Shown: piece after piece, positions 1-8,158 of the stretch
Numbering within the stretch: position 1 is the first letter of the stretch
How the letters are laid out: each line of letters opens with the position of its first letter
IMG/VR virus record: IMGVR_UViG_3300031974_001755
Reading direction: 5' to 3' (one strand)
Length of the DNA stretch: 29,074 nucleotides
Source: a virus
Translations under genes and position numbers: made by a program
Notes under the pieces: generated by a model
The model's database searches: none
Told to the model about the DNA's origin: nothing
The model's input: only the letters and a program-made list of their open reading frames with translations

Positions 1-91
1 ACGTTCGTTAGCACCATTGGTATAAAATGCTAACGCATCGCCAACACTACCTAATCTTGTGCTAAATTGCCCCGCAGTAGAATTTGGGTCG
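1..91. repeat. Left copy of the 91-bp terminal identity (same as 28984..29074); marks circular closure or an assembly overlap
   Basis: Read directly: acgttcgttagcaccattggtataaaatgctaacgcatcgccaacactacctaatcttgtgctaaattgccccgcagtagaatttgggtcg occurs at both ends of the window. It lies inside a coding region, so it is not a natural genome end. Confidence 0.95.
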
Positions 92-2994
92 CTGAATGCA
101 ATAACACAATTTGCTGCGGTTGTACCACTATTATCAAATACACCTAAAATGTTAGTAGAACCTACATCTGAATAAACTGTCAAAGGTCTTGAAGGGCTCG
201 ACGTGCCCAAGCCCAAATTCCCACTCGAGTCGATGCGCATACGTTCGCTTCCGCTTGTATCAAACTGAATATGAGCATAACTTGATAACTGAATTGGAGA
301 GCTATTCCAAGTTCTTAAAACACCATTAGTGCCATCATAACCTAATTGAACAGAACCTATAGATGTATTGCTTGGAGCTGCTAATCCTGTACTTGTAAAT
401 CCTCCTGCTGCGTGTACTTTATCTATTGGACTCGACGTACCAATCCCCACATTCCCACTCGAGTCGATGCGTAGACGTTCTATGTTGTTTGTACCACTTG
501 TAGTACCCGCAGTTCTGAACACCATTGCGTTTGTTGCTGAGCTTGTACCCGCAGCAACCTCATAAGACAATGACGCCTTAACACCACTTCCCGCGCCTGA
601 AGTATCAGCAGAATAAAAGTTTATAGCGCCAAGTTTATCGCCTGTTGTCCAACTTGAATCATTTGTGCTATTACCTATTGTTAAAATTGCATTGTTTCTT
701 GAACCTTCTATGTTTAACAAACTATCAGGACTCGAAGTCCCTATGCCGACTTGACCTCCACCATCAACTACAAAAAGCGTGGTGTCGCTACTATTTGCAA
801 TCAAAAACGAATCGTCATTTGAAGTGTTACCTGCTTTAATTTTTACACCATCGCCTGTACCACCATCGACTTCCAAAGGGAAAGAAGGGCTCGCTGTGCC
901 AATGCCGACGTTGCCGCTACTGTCTATTCTTAAACGCTCACTTGCAGATGTAGCGAAAGCAAAATGGTCTGTATTGTGGTCATATTTTATATAACCCGAA
1001 ATAGGACTGTCATTGTCTGCAAAATATATGTTTGAAGATGTAGTGTTTGTTGAGACAATACTCATACCTACATTGCCATTTGCTTCTAAAACCAAATCAT
1101 CGGCAAAAGAAGATATTGTACTTGCACCGCTACTTCCATTTGATATTTGTAGTTTTGTGTTTGCATCAATAACAGATGTTGAGCCAATTAATACAGCATT
1201 AGCAGAAGCGTCTACAAACAAAGTGTTTGTGTCTACTGTTAAATCGCCACTTACCGCAAGACTTGACAAAGTACCTACGCTTGTGATGTTTGTTTGTGCA
1301 GCAGTAGATATTGTACCGCTAATTGTTACAGCATCTAAGTCATTAATAACTAAGTCCCCTTTGGTGTATCCTGTACCCGAAGTGTTTACTGTGGAGGTTG
1401 GCTCTACTTCTAAGCCCTTAAATAGTTTAAACTTGTCGCTGTCAGAAGCGTCTTTAAACAGACCCGAGTATTTAGTAGTAACGCCTGAATCTAAGCTGTA
1501 TTTTCCGTATAGACCTACGTCTACGCTGTTTTCGCTATTGTCTCTTGCAAGTTCAATTAGTGGGTCTTCCACAGAAAGCGTGTCTGTATTTACAGTTGTA
1601 GTCGTACCATTGACTGTAAGGTTTTGAGCGATTGTTAAACTTCCGCCTAAAGAAACGTCGTCGGGCAAGCCTACTGTAACAGTACCGCCTGAACCTAAAG
1701 TAACACCACCACCTGTAACTTCAATTTCATTTGCTGTACCCTGAATAGTTAACGAAGTGTTACCTTGTACTGCGGTGTTTGCAGTTGAGCCATAGTCTAC
1801 GCTAATTGTAGGACTTGACCCTTCGCCTGTGTTACTACCTATTGTAACCCCTGTACCTACGCCTAAATTCTCTACATAGTCTCCTGTGGTGTCTGTACCT
1901 AAAGCGACAGAGTTAGCTTGTATTGTAGCTGTAATGTCTGCATTTGCAGTACCATCAAAAGATACCGAACCCGCTACGTCCCCGCTTAGTGATATTGTGC
2001 GAGCTGTTTCTAAAGCACTTGCTGTGTCTGCGTTTCCTGTTACGTCGCCTGTTACATTCCCCGTTACATTGCCTGTCAAGTTTCCTGTTACGTTTGTAGT
2101 TATAGAAGTCGGTAGACCTACTGTAAAGGTTTGGTCTGTAAGACTTACTTCGACCTCGTTTGTAGTACCTTGAATAGTTAATGTCTGCGAGTCTAAGTCG
2201 ACAGCAGAAGTTGTAGTGCCGTCTGTAATGTCTAAGTCTTGTGCGGTAATGTTGGAATCGACATAGGTTTTTATCGCCTTTGCAGATGCGAGGGTGTCAT
2301 CACTTGCAGAAACGCTTGTAAGGTCAGTGTCTAACACACCGCTTTTAAGGTTGTCTACTTCTAAGTTTGAGACTGTGTTATTGTCTGCGTCTACTGTTTT
2401 GTTAGTAAGTGTTTCAGTTCCTGCAAGCGTGGCAAAGTCATCATCACTTAAAGCTGTGTTAAATTCAGCAGTTGTACCACTTAGAGTATTATCTGTGAGG
2501 TCAATAGACTTATTAGTAAGCGTTTGAGTGCCTGTAAGGGTAGCTACTGTACTATCGATGTTTACAGTTAGTGTTTGGTCTACTGCGCTTGTGTCAATAC
2601 CTGTACCACCTGCAATATCTAAAGATTGGCTATCTAAGTCAACTGCACCTGTACCTGTATCGCCTTGAAAGTCTAAGTCTTGAGCTGTAACATTTGTATC
2701 AACGTAGTCCTTAACAGCAGCACTTGTTGGGACAGAAGTGTCGTTATCGTTATTACCAATCCCATCTGCTTCGTCAACAAACTTAGTAACTGTGATATCC
2801 TCGCCTGTATCTTTTAAAGACCCAAACGAAACAGTACCTGTGGCAGTAACTTGCCCATCGTTGCTGATAGTAACACCTGTGCCATTACCTGCGCCATCTG
2901 TGATTTCAACAGCACCATCAATAGCTGCATTGTCATCGGTTTTAAGCAGCCCCTGATAAGTATCTTTTATTTTTTTATTTTCTAAACTTGCCAT
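1..2994 (-). CDS. Tail fibre protein, first 998 codons. The gene is cut by the window origin and continues at 28983..28459, giving 1172 aa in total.
   Basis: ATG at 2994..2992 (MASLENKKIKDTYQGLLKTDDN...). I checked every in-frame triplet from 2994 down to 1 and found no tta/cta/tca, so there are no minus-strand stops. The ORF track omits it because no stop lies in the window on this side. Fibre-type repeats are present: TLTNK(S/T)(I/V)D, AxKxYVDxNxTAQDLD twice, (VTGN)n followed by RTISLSGDVAGSVSFDGTANADITATI, and the repeated ER(L/M)RIDSSGNVGIGT(S/A)SP modules. Confidence 0.9.
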   Translation of the reverse strand, partial: MASLENKKIKDTYQGLLKTDDNAAIDGAVEITDGAGNGTGVTISNDGQVTATGTVSFGSLKDTGEDITVTKFVDEADGIGNNDNDTSVPTSAAVKDYVDTNVTAQDLDFQGDTGTGAVDLDSQSLDIAGGTGIDTSAVDQTLTVNIDSTVATLTGTQTLTNKSIDLTDNTLSGTTAEFNTALSDDDFATLAGTETLTNKTVDADNNTVSNLEVDNLKSGVLDTDLTSVSASDDTLASAKAIKTYVDSNITAQDLDITDGTTTSAVDLDSQTLTIQGTTNEVEVSLTDQTFTVGLPTSITTNVTGNLTGNVTGNVTGDVTGNADTASALETARTISLSGDVAGSVSFDGTANADITATIQANSVALGTDTTGDYVENLGVGTGVTIGSNTGEGSSPTISVDYGSTANTAVQGNTSLTIQGTANEIEVTGGGVTLGSGGTVTVGLPDDVSLGGSLTIAQNLTVNGTTTTVNTDTLSVEDPLIELARDNSENSVDVGLYGKYSLDSGVTTKYSGLFKDASDSDKFKLFKGLEVEPTSTVNTSGTGYTKGDLVINDLDAVTISGTISTAAQTNITSVGTLSSLAVSGDLTVDTNTLFVDASANAVLIGSTSVIDANTKLQISNGSSGASTISSFADDLVLEANGNVGMSIVSTNTTSSNIYFADNDSPISGYIKYDHNTDHFAFATSASERLRIDSSGNVGIGTASPSFPLEVDGGTGDGVKIKAGNTSNDDSFLIANSSDTTLFVVDGGGQVGIGTSSPDSLLNIEGSRNNAILTIGNSTNDSSWTTGDKLGAINFYSADTSGAGSGVKASLSYEVAAGTSSATNAMVFRTAGTTSGTNNIERLRIDSSGNVGIGTSSPIDKVHAAGGFTSTGLAAPSNTSIGSVQLGYDGTNGVLRTWNSSPIQLSSYAHIQFDTSGSERMRIDSSGNLGLGTSSPSRPLTVYSDVGSTNILGVFDNSGTTAANCVIAFSDPNSTAGQFSTRLGSVGDALAFYTNGANER

Positions 2995-3093
2995 CTATGT
3001 CGTTTTTAATAAGTCTTTAAAATTTGGTTTCAATTCTTTGGTTAAGTATTTTTTTAGCTTAACTATATTTTTGTCTTTTGGTTTATATCTCAT
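2995..3093 (-). CDS. 32-aa lysine-rich peptide (MRYKPKDKNIVKLKKYLTKELKPNFKDLLKTT); function unknown
   Basis: Its ATG overlaps the stop of the upstream gene (ATGA at 3090-3093). Its TAG directly abuts the fibre ATG (TAGATG). It fills the gap exactly, and I verified all 33 codons triplet by triplet. It is below the 60-aa cutoff of the track. Confidence 0.5.
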   Translation of the reverse strand: MRYKPKDKNIVKLKKYLTKELKPNFKDLLKTT

Positions 3094-3590
3094 AATACCC
3101 ACCCATTAAATAGTGAGTCTGTATCAGGATATACATCAGAGTCTGAGTTGCTATTGTACTCAGGGAACGTAGAGCTATTAAAACTCATATAGTCAATAAA
3201 TCTACGTGTGTAATACTCTGCTGTATCTCGTGCCTTTCCTACTAAATAATCTACTTCGTTTTTATTTACGCTTTCGCTATTCTCTGAGGTGTGCTTAAAT
3301 ACACCGCCATTTTTAATCTGATAAGCTGCATAAGGTAGATACTCAACCTGCGCCCACCATATAAGCATGGGTTGTATATAATCATTTACAAGGTTAAGAT
3401 AATCGCCTGTAAGCGTACCTGCAATAATATCCGCACTAATCTTGTTGTAAAGGTCTGTACCTAAATAGTTCTGAACCTGAATTTGTTGTGCAATCTTGAT
3501 AAACTGTATAAACTTGTCAGTATCAACATTACCATCGATAATACTGTTCTTAACTAAGTCCGTTCTTGAAATAAATAGTGCTGTTGCCAT
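3090..3590 (-). CDS. Putative head-tail adaptor or head completion protein (166 aa)
   Basis: ORF with a TAATG overlap to the portal gene, lying between the portal and fibre genes. The N-terminal pattern (SRTDLVKNSIIDGNVDTDKFIQFIKIAQQIQVQNYLGTDLY) is reminiscent of gp6-like connector proteins. The function is inferred. Confidence 0.4.
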   Translation of the reverse strand: MATALFISRTDLVKNSIIDGNVDTDKFIQFIKIAQQIQVQNYLGTDLYNKISADIIAGTLTGDYLNLVNDYIQPMLIWWAQVEYLPYAAYQIKNGGVFKHTSENSESVNKNEVDYLVGKARDTAEYYTRRFIDYMSFNSSTFPEYNSNSDSDVYPDTDSLFNGWVL

Positions 3591-5347
3591 TATCCTTTAT
3601 AATTTGGGTGGTGTCCTTGGTCTTTCATGTCTTTTGGTGCTTTGGCTGCATCCTTATATCCTCTTGGAGTAGGCGCATAAGACTTAGGTATCTTATCTAC
3701 TTCATCGTAGTTTTGGATAACTTTTTTCATAGTCTTAGATTTTAGTCTGTATAAGACCTCTTCCCATCTATGCCCACAATTAACCCCACCTTTGAATCTA
3801 AACAAATCGTATGCTTTGCCCTGATGTCCAAAAGACTTATTTACACCTGCGTTTGATGCCTTGTCAATATCTTCTATTCTATATACTACACCTCTACCGC
3901 TTCTGCTCATCATAATACGACAAAACTGTCTTGATTTGCCTGAGCTGTATTTTTCAGCGTATCGATATCTTACTTTATATAGGGATTTGTCTAAATAACT
4001 AAACCCACTCTTTTTAGAATCTATTGATCTTTTTTCTAATTTCTCTTCTTTGCTTTCAATGTGCTTTACAGCCCAATCCTCTATACTTTCGTTATCCTCG
4101 CTGTGTTCTCTTACATCAACCGCTTCCCATCGGTTTGACATTGTTTCGCCCCTTAGCTCGTCAAGGATGATATCAAACTCTTCATCAGTCAAGTCCTCTT
4201 TGCTCATTTTAACCCCTGTTTCCTCTTCTCGTGTTTCCATATCAGCAACATTGTCAAGGTCGGTAAACTCTAAAGGTTGTAAGGTTTTAAAGTAAAGGTT
4301 AAGTGAAATGTTATTATACGCAAGGATTTGGTCAAAGCTCTCAATCAACAATCTTTGAAACGGACGAATAACTGTGTTATCCATAAGAATAGTAGCTGTT
4401 TTAAGCTCGTCTGCGTTGTTTCCAAGCCCTGTATTGTCTTTAATTCCTAAAAGCATAGGCGATACTACCCTGTGTGAAACGAGTATCTTACGAGCGCTCT
4501 CATCACTTAAAAACTGATATTGATTGTGAGCATCAGAAAGTTGAATAGGTTGTATATCGGCAGCAGTTTCTGCGTTATCATTAAAAGCCAAAATAAACTT
4601 ACCTGCATTGCTACTACCACTAAACTTCTCATAAATACGTCTTTCGATTAGTTCCCTTTGCTCAGGGTCAGGTGTTCCGTTATTAAAGTTGATAAGCATA
4701 GATGGTGCTAAACCATTCATTATATTGTTTAAGTGATAGTTGCTTATCTCTTCCTCTAATTCTGCGTATTGTGTACCCCCTTGATAATCAACAGGCGAAT
4801 AATACTTAAATCCTGCTCTATAAGGTTTGATGTACATAATCTCTAAGCCCTCTTTTGAAGTTCCAAAGGCAGGGATACGTTTTATCTCATCGCTCTTTTT
4901 GTACTTAGCCCAATCGTAGTGATAAAAGTACGCTTCAATTTCGCCTTTATCATTACACTTCTCAGCTCGTAGTGTTTCAACAGGGATATGCTCAAGTTTT
5001 ACAATTTTAGTTCTATCCTTAGAGTAGATTATCTGAATAGCACATTGACCCATCAATTTTAAATCGTACACTACCTTACGAACACAATCAGCATTAAACA
5101 AAGACACCATCTGTGCGTATTGGTCAGGTTTCTTATTACTATCAGTAGCATCTAACCCCTTACCATAAATCATCTCACTAATTCCGTTTATGATAGCGTT
5201 ATTAGTAGGGCTACCATTGTATCTGTCTATGAGATACTGAAAGTAGTTGTTATCTTCGCCATAGCTCACAAACTCTTGATTCCGTACTTCTTTTACAGTA
5301 GGACTTGTGTAGGTGCTTAGGTTAACTATTCTTAAATCGTTTTTCAT
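3590..5347 (-). CDS. Portal protein fused to a C-terminal MuF / SPP1 gp7-like minor head domain (585 aa)
   Basis: Size and position in the head module fit a portal. An acidic linker (EETGVKMSKEDLTDEEFDIILDEL) separates the two parts. The C-terminal ~150 aa (SRQFCRIMM...VYRIEDID...FKGGVNCGHRWEEV) resembles the Phage_Mu_F C-terminal Cys/His motif. ATGA overlap with the upstream gene. Confidence 0.55.
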   Translation of the reverse strand: MKNDLRIVNLSTYTSPTVKEVRNQEFVSYGEDNNYFQYLIDRYNGSPTNNAIINGISEMIYGKGLDATDSNKKPDQYAQMVSLFNADCVRKVVYDLKLMGQCAIQIIYSKDRTKIVKLEHIPVETLRAEKCNDKGEIEAYFYHYDWAKYKKSDEIKRIPAFGTSKEGLEIMYIKPYRAGFKYYSPVDYQGGTQYAELEEEISNYHLNNIMNGLAPSMLINFNNGTPDPEQRELIERRIYEKFSGSSNAGKFILAFNDNAETAADIQPIQLSDAHNQYQFLSDESARKILVSHRVVSPMLLGIKDNTGLGNNADELKTATILMDNTVIRPFQRLLIESFDQILAYNNISLNLYFKTLQPLEFTDLDNVADMETREEETGVKMSKEDLTDEEFDIILDELRGETMSNRWEAVDVREHSEDNESIEDWAVKHIESKEEKLEKRSIDSKKSGFSYLDKSLYKVRYRYAEKYSSGKSRQFCRIMMSRSGRGVVYRIEDIDKASNAGVNKSFGHQGKAYDLFRFKGGVNCGHRWEEVLYRLKSKTMKKVIQNYDEVDKIPKSYAPTPRGYKDAAKAPKDMKDQGHHPNYKG

Positions 5348-5763
5348 AATATAATATAATCATTATCAAATGTAGTGCTTGATACATATTCGCCCTCATT
5401 TACAGTATAATAAGAGTTCGTATCTTGATCTACTGTTTGGTCTGTACAGAATATAACACCTTTGTACAATTCTCCTACTGAGTCTGATATTGTAAATGTA
5501 TAATAGTTAGACTCCGTTAAGTCAAACTTATTTGTAATTTCTAAATACGTTTCGCCTTGACTACCTGATAAGTCTGACCCTTGCCACTCAATAGAAGATA
5601 GATTATAGGTTGTGTTATATATACTCCAAATAAAGTCCCCTGTATATGTAGTAACATCGTTTGTTGATTCGTTTCTTATCGTCAAAATCAAGCCCCCCAC
5701 AATGGTTCTACGTGGTATAACTTTAAAAGTTTGATCAGATGTGGATGTAGTTAAGATTATCAT
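5344..5763 (-). CDS. Hypothetical virion-module protein (139 aa, beta-rich)
   Basis: ATG at 5763, 6 nt downstream of a TACGTTATATA motif copy. ATGA overlap into the portal gene. Confidence 0.6.
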   Translation of the reverse strand: MIILTTSTSDQTFKVIPRRTIVGGLILTIRNESTNDVTTYTGDFIWSIYNTTYNLSSIEWQGSDLSGSQGETYLEITNKFDLTESNYYTFTISDSVGELYKGVIFCTDQTVDQDTNSYYTVNEGEYVSSTTFDNDYIIL

Positions 5764-5769
5764 ACTACA

Positions 5770-5780
5770 TATATAACGTA
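5770..5780 (-). promoter_or_regulatory. Conserved motif copy 1: TACGTTATATA (minus strand), 6 nt upstream of the ATG at 5763
   Basis: Plus strand reads tatataacgta. Intergenic, directly downstream of terminator T1. Confidence 0.6.
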
Positions 5781-5802
5781 TAGATTGTAAATTTTGTGTA
5801 AT

Positions 5803-5827
5803 AAAAAAGGGGGCTTTTAAACCCCCT
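5803..5827 (-). terminator. Rho-independent terminator T1, after the 173-aa tube-like gene
   Basis: Minus strand AGGGGG-tttaaaag-CCCCCT followed by TTTTTT. Confidence 0.8.
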
Positions 5828-5882
5828 AATTATTATTAAACCAAACTTAATGAAATAAACTCTTTGCTAATATACAAAAAAT

Positions 5883-6404
5883 TTATGGTGTTGGGTTAAT
5901 TGGTGATGATGAGTCATCAGTTGGTAATGATGCTACAAAGAAAGGTGGTGCTGTTTCCTGAGCAGTAAGGGTAAGCGTAAATCCACTTAAATCCCCCATA
6001 GCTGCACCTGTAACAACTGTACCCCCTGTAACTTCTGAACCATGATCTTTACCTACTAAAAATCCGTTGCCATTATAATCCTCAACAACGATTTGAGGTC
6101 GACCATGTGCTAAGAGCTTAATCTGCTCTTGAGTAGCTACATCTAAAAACGTAAATGTAACATTAAGGGTTGACTCATAAAAAGTAGTGCCATTTTCTCT
6201 TGACGAGTTAATAGCAGTTTCTAATGACGAGTTGCCCTTGATTTCATATTTGTAGAAAGATACGCTATCATCTAAAGTGATTGTACCACTACTGTCAGTC
6301 AATGCTGCTGTGGTAGATGTGTATGGTCCAAAGTAAATGTTTTTCAGCCCACCTACACCACTTTTACATGGTAACGCTCTTCCGTTTGATACTGCACAAG
6401 CCAT
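5883..6404 (-). CDS. Putative major tail (tube) protein (173 aa)
   Basis: A monocistronic unit bracketed by two strong terminators, which fits high expression. The sequence (GGLKNIYF...FYESTLNVTFTFLD...QIVVEDYNGNGFLVG...TGGTVVTGAAMGDLSGFTLTLTAQE) resembles siphophage tail-tube proteins. The function is inferred. Confidence 0.45.
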   Translation of the reverse strand: MACAVSNGRALPCKSGVGGLKNIYFGPYTSTTAALTDSSGTITLDDSVSFYKYEIKGNSSLETAINSSRENGTTFYESTLNVTFTFLDVATQEQIKLLAHGRPQIVVEDYNGNGFLVGKDHGSEVTGGTVVTGAAMGDLSGFTLTLTAQETAPPFFVASLPTDDSSSPINPTP

Positions 6405-6421
6405 ATTAATTTTATTTTAAT

Positions 6422-6457
6422 AAAAAAGGGTAGGTAGGCACTCGGCTTACCCACCCC
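6422..6457 (-). terminator. Rho-independent terminator T2, after the major capsid gene
   Basis: GC-rich imperfect hairpin (GGGTGGGTAAGCCGAGTGCCTACCTACCC on the minus strand) followed by TTTTTT. Confidence 0.7.
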
Positions 6458-6479
6458 TTTTAAGTTAGAGAATTATTGA

Positions 6480-7376
6480 TTACGAGTAGAGAACGATATC
6501 AGAACCAATACCATGCTGCACACCTGCTGTATAGCGCATAACTACACGAACATTGTCGTCGCCTAAAAAATCAGCGGTGTCTATCACGCGCACCTCATTT
6601 CTATCATTTAGCAAACCTGTCGCAAAGAAAAGGTTGCTTTTCTGAGCAGCTACTGCTGTGTTATCAGCAAGACCACCTGTGGCAAACAATGGGATTCCCT
6701 GAAAGTTCATCTCAGTCTGTCCTACGTGATACAAATCTCTATAACCCAAAGCAGCTTGTGCGCCTACATACGCTTTAGCGATGTTTTGAGAGATATAGAT
6801 AGTTAAATCTTCTTTACCATATACACCACTTGGGATAGCATCTACAATCGCCTGTAATTGAGCAATTACGTTTGAAGTAGTAACAGTAACAGCAGTAACA
6901 TCTACTACGTCTGCATCAGCAGTAAGTAGAGTTTCAAAACCATCAAAGTTGCCTTCCCCTGCGCTACCTGACCATATAGAAGTTTCAGTTGCTTTAGCAA
7001 CCTCAGCAGCTACACGAGCGATAACGAAGTCTGAGAACAATGGGGGTAGCTCGTCAAAAGCAGAGAATCCCATTTGAGCAGCTTCCCAATCAGCGTGAAG
7101 TTCTTTCTTACAGATTTGTAAGTTAACTTGCAACTCAGTTGGTGTAATCACTTTCTCAGTTAGAGTTAGTGTTGATGTAGTAGAGTCAAAGTCGCAATCA
7201 GCAGAGCGCACAAGATTTGAGAACGCACCTACTTTCATAGCAGCTTTGTACTTTACATTTGGTAAAATTGTGATAGCACCTTTGTCAAGTGTATCAGCAC
7301 TTAGAAGGGCTGCACCGAGATATTTTCCTGCAAATTCCCCTGCATAGCTACTTCCTGTAATAGTTGGATTTGGCAT
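6480..7376 (-). CDS. Major capsid protein, HK97-fold type (298 aa)
   Basis: Lies directly downstream of an acidic scaffold gene and is followed by a terminator. Size and motifs fit (FSDFVIARVAAEVAKATETSIWSGSAGEGNFDGFETLL). Confidence 0.75.
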   Translation of the reverse strand: MPNPTITGSSYAGEFAGKYLGAALLSADTLDKGAITILPNVKYKAAMKVGAFSNLVRSADCDFDSTTSTLTLTEKVITPTELQVNLQICKKELHADWEAAQMGFSAFDELPPLFSDFVIARVAAEVAKATETSIWSGSAGEGNFDGFETLLTADADVVDVTAVTVTTSNVIAQLQAIVDAIPSGVYGKEDLTIYISQNIAKAYVGAQAALGYRDLYHVGQTEMNFQGIPLFATGGLADNTAVAAQKSNLFFATGLLNDRNEVRVIDTADFLGDDNVRVVMRYTAGVQHGIGSDIVLYS

Positions 7377-7387
7377 TTTATATAAAT

Positions 7388-7975
7388 TTAATTGTTAACA
7401 ATTTTAGACATTACTTTGTCGAAAGTACTTTGCTTTCTGTTTTGCGCATACTTAAGACTTACTTTTTGTTTGGGTTCAGGGTTATGAGTGATCGCTTCTG
7501 TGGCAGGTGTTTCGGATAGTTCCTCTTTCACTTGCTCTTCAACTTCGCTCATTTCCTCTTTCTTTTCAATCATCTGCTTGATTTCCTCAACCAATGATCT
7601 CACTTCTGCTAACTCTTCTTTAGTAGCATATTCAGCTTCCACTTCCTCAAGTTCTTCAACTTCCTCAGATGCTTCTACTTCTTCCTCTTCCTGTTCAGCA
7701 GATTTGATTTCGCCAATGATACCCTCTTCGCTTACAACAAGGATTTGACCATCTTCCATTTGGTATTCGCCAACGGGTACGGCTACTTTCTCATCGTCTG
7801 TAAGGATAAAGACTTCTTTGCCTGATTCAAACGCTTCTGCTTCAAGGACAGTTCCATTTTCGAGTTTCGCTTGTGCTAACTCTACTACTTGGGATTGCTC
7901 GATATTTTCTACAATATCAGCAGTATCTTCCCCAAGATAGGTTTTGATTTTACTTAGAATTTCTGTCGCTTTCAT
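7388..7975 (-). CDS. Scaffolding protein (195 aa, highly acidic coiled coil)
   Basis: Long E-rich helical stretches (EQEEEEVEASEEVEELEEVEAEYATKEELAEVRSLVEEIKQMIEKKEE). Positioned between the protease and the capsid gene. A motif copy ends 3 nt before its ATG. Confidence 0.65.
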   Translation of the reverse strand: MKATEILSKIKTYLGEDTADIVENIEQSQVVELAQAKLENGTVLEAEAFESGKEVFILTDDEKVAVPVGEYQMEDGQILVVSEEGIIGEIKSAEQEEEEVEASEEVEELEEVEAEYATKEELAEVRSLVEEIKQMIEKKEEMSEVEEQVKEELSETPATEAITHNPEPKQKVSLKYAQNRKQSTFDKVMSKIVNN

Positions 7976-7978
7976 AAT

Positions 7979-7989
7979 AGTATAACGTA
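7979..7989 (-). promoter_or_regulatory. Conserved motif copy 2: TACGTTATACT (minus strand), 3 nt upstream of the ATG at 7975
   Basis: Plus strand reads agtataacgta. Intergenic. Confidence 0.55.
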
Positions 7990-8014
7990 TTTAAAAATTA
8001 ATTTGTATTTTGGG

Positions 8015-8158
8015 CTATACCTTCCCAATACCTTGCGCTCTTAACGAGCCGTCACAACACTTTATAGAATACGTGTTATCCTCACATAAACACGCACGTC
8101 TTGATCCCTTAGGGCTTGTTCTCGATGGTGTGATAAATCGTTTAAGTCGTTTAATCAT
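8015..8158 (-). CDS. 47-aa basic Cys-rich peptide (MIKRLKRFITPSRTSPKGSRRACLCEDNTYSIKCCDGSLRAQGIGKV)
   Basis: ATGA overlap with the upstream 44-aa ORF. All 48 codons verified. Antisense to track ORF 8010..8204, which I reject. Confidence 0.5.
   Translation of the reverse strand: MIKRLKRFITPSRTSPKGSRRACLCEDNTYSIKCCDGSLRAQGIGKV

Noticed and set aside
1-91. Reading the 91-bp end duplication as a biological direct terminal repeat
   Set aside because: It lies in the middle of a codon-continuous fibre gene, inside one of its repeat modules. An assembler overlap on a circular or permuted molecule is the simpler explanation. Read-level data are needed to be certain.
1-1000. Diversity-generating retroelement (template/variable repeat pair) as the source of the fibre repeats
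   Set aside because: No reverse transcriptase or accessory gene is present anywhere in the genome. The repeats are in-frame protein modules, not an adenine-biased TR/VR pair.
368-2956. Eight plus-strand ORFs from the track (368-565, 645-839, 779-994, 1013-1627, 1886-2173, 2294-2527, 2738-2956 and similar)
   Set aside because: All lie antisense to the uninterrupted 998-codon minus-strand fibre frame. Their products are low-complexity S/T/V/P/L strings, typical of the reverse strand of a T/S/G/N/D-rich fibre gene. Several start at non-ATG codons, and they overlap one another.
5842-5849. A perfect TAAGTTTG (-7 consensus) box on the minus strand between the tube-like gene and terminator T1
   Set aside because: There is no TTTG/TTG element at the right spacing, and a transcript starting here would run directly into terminator T1 about 15 nt later. 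Probably a chance match.
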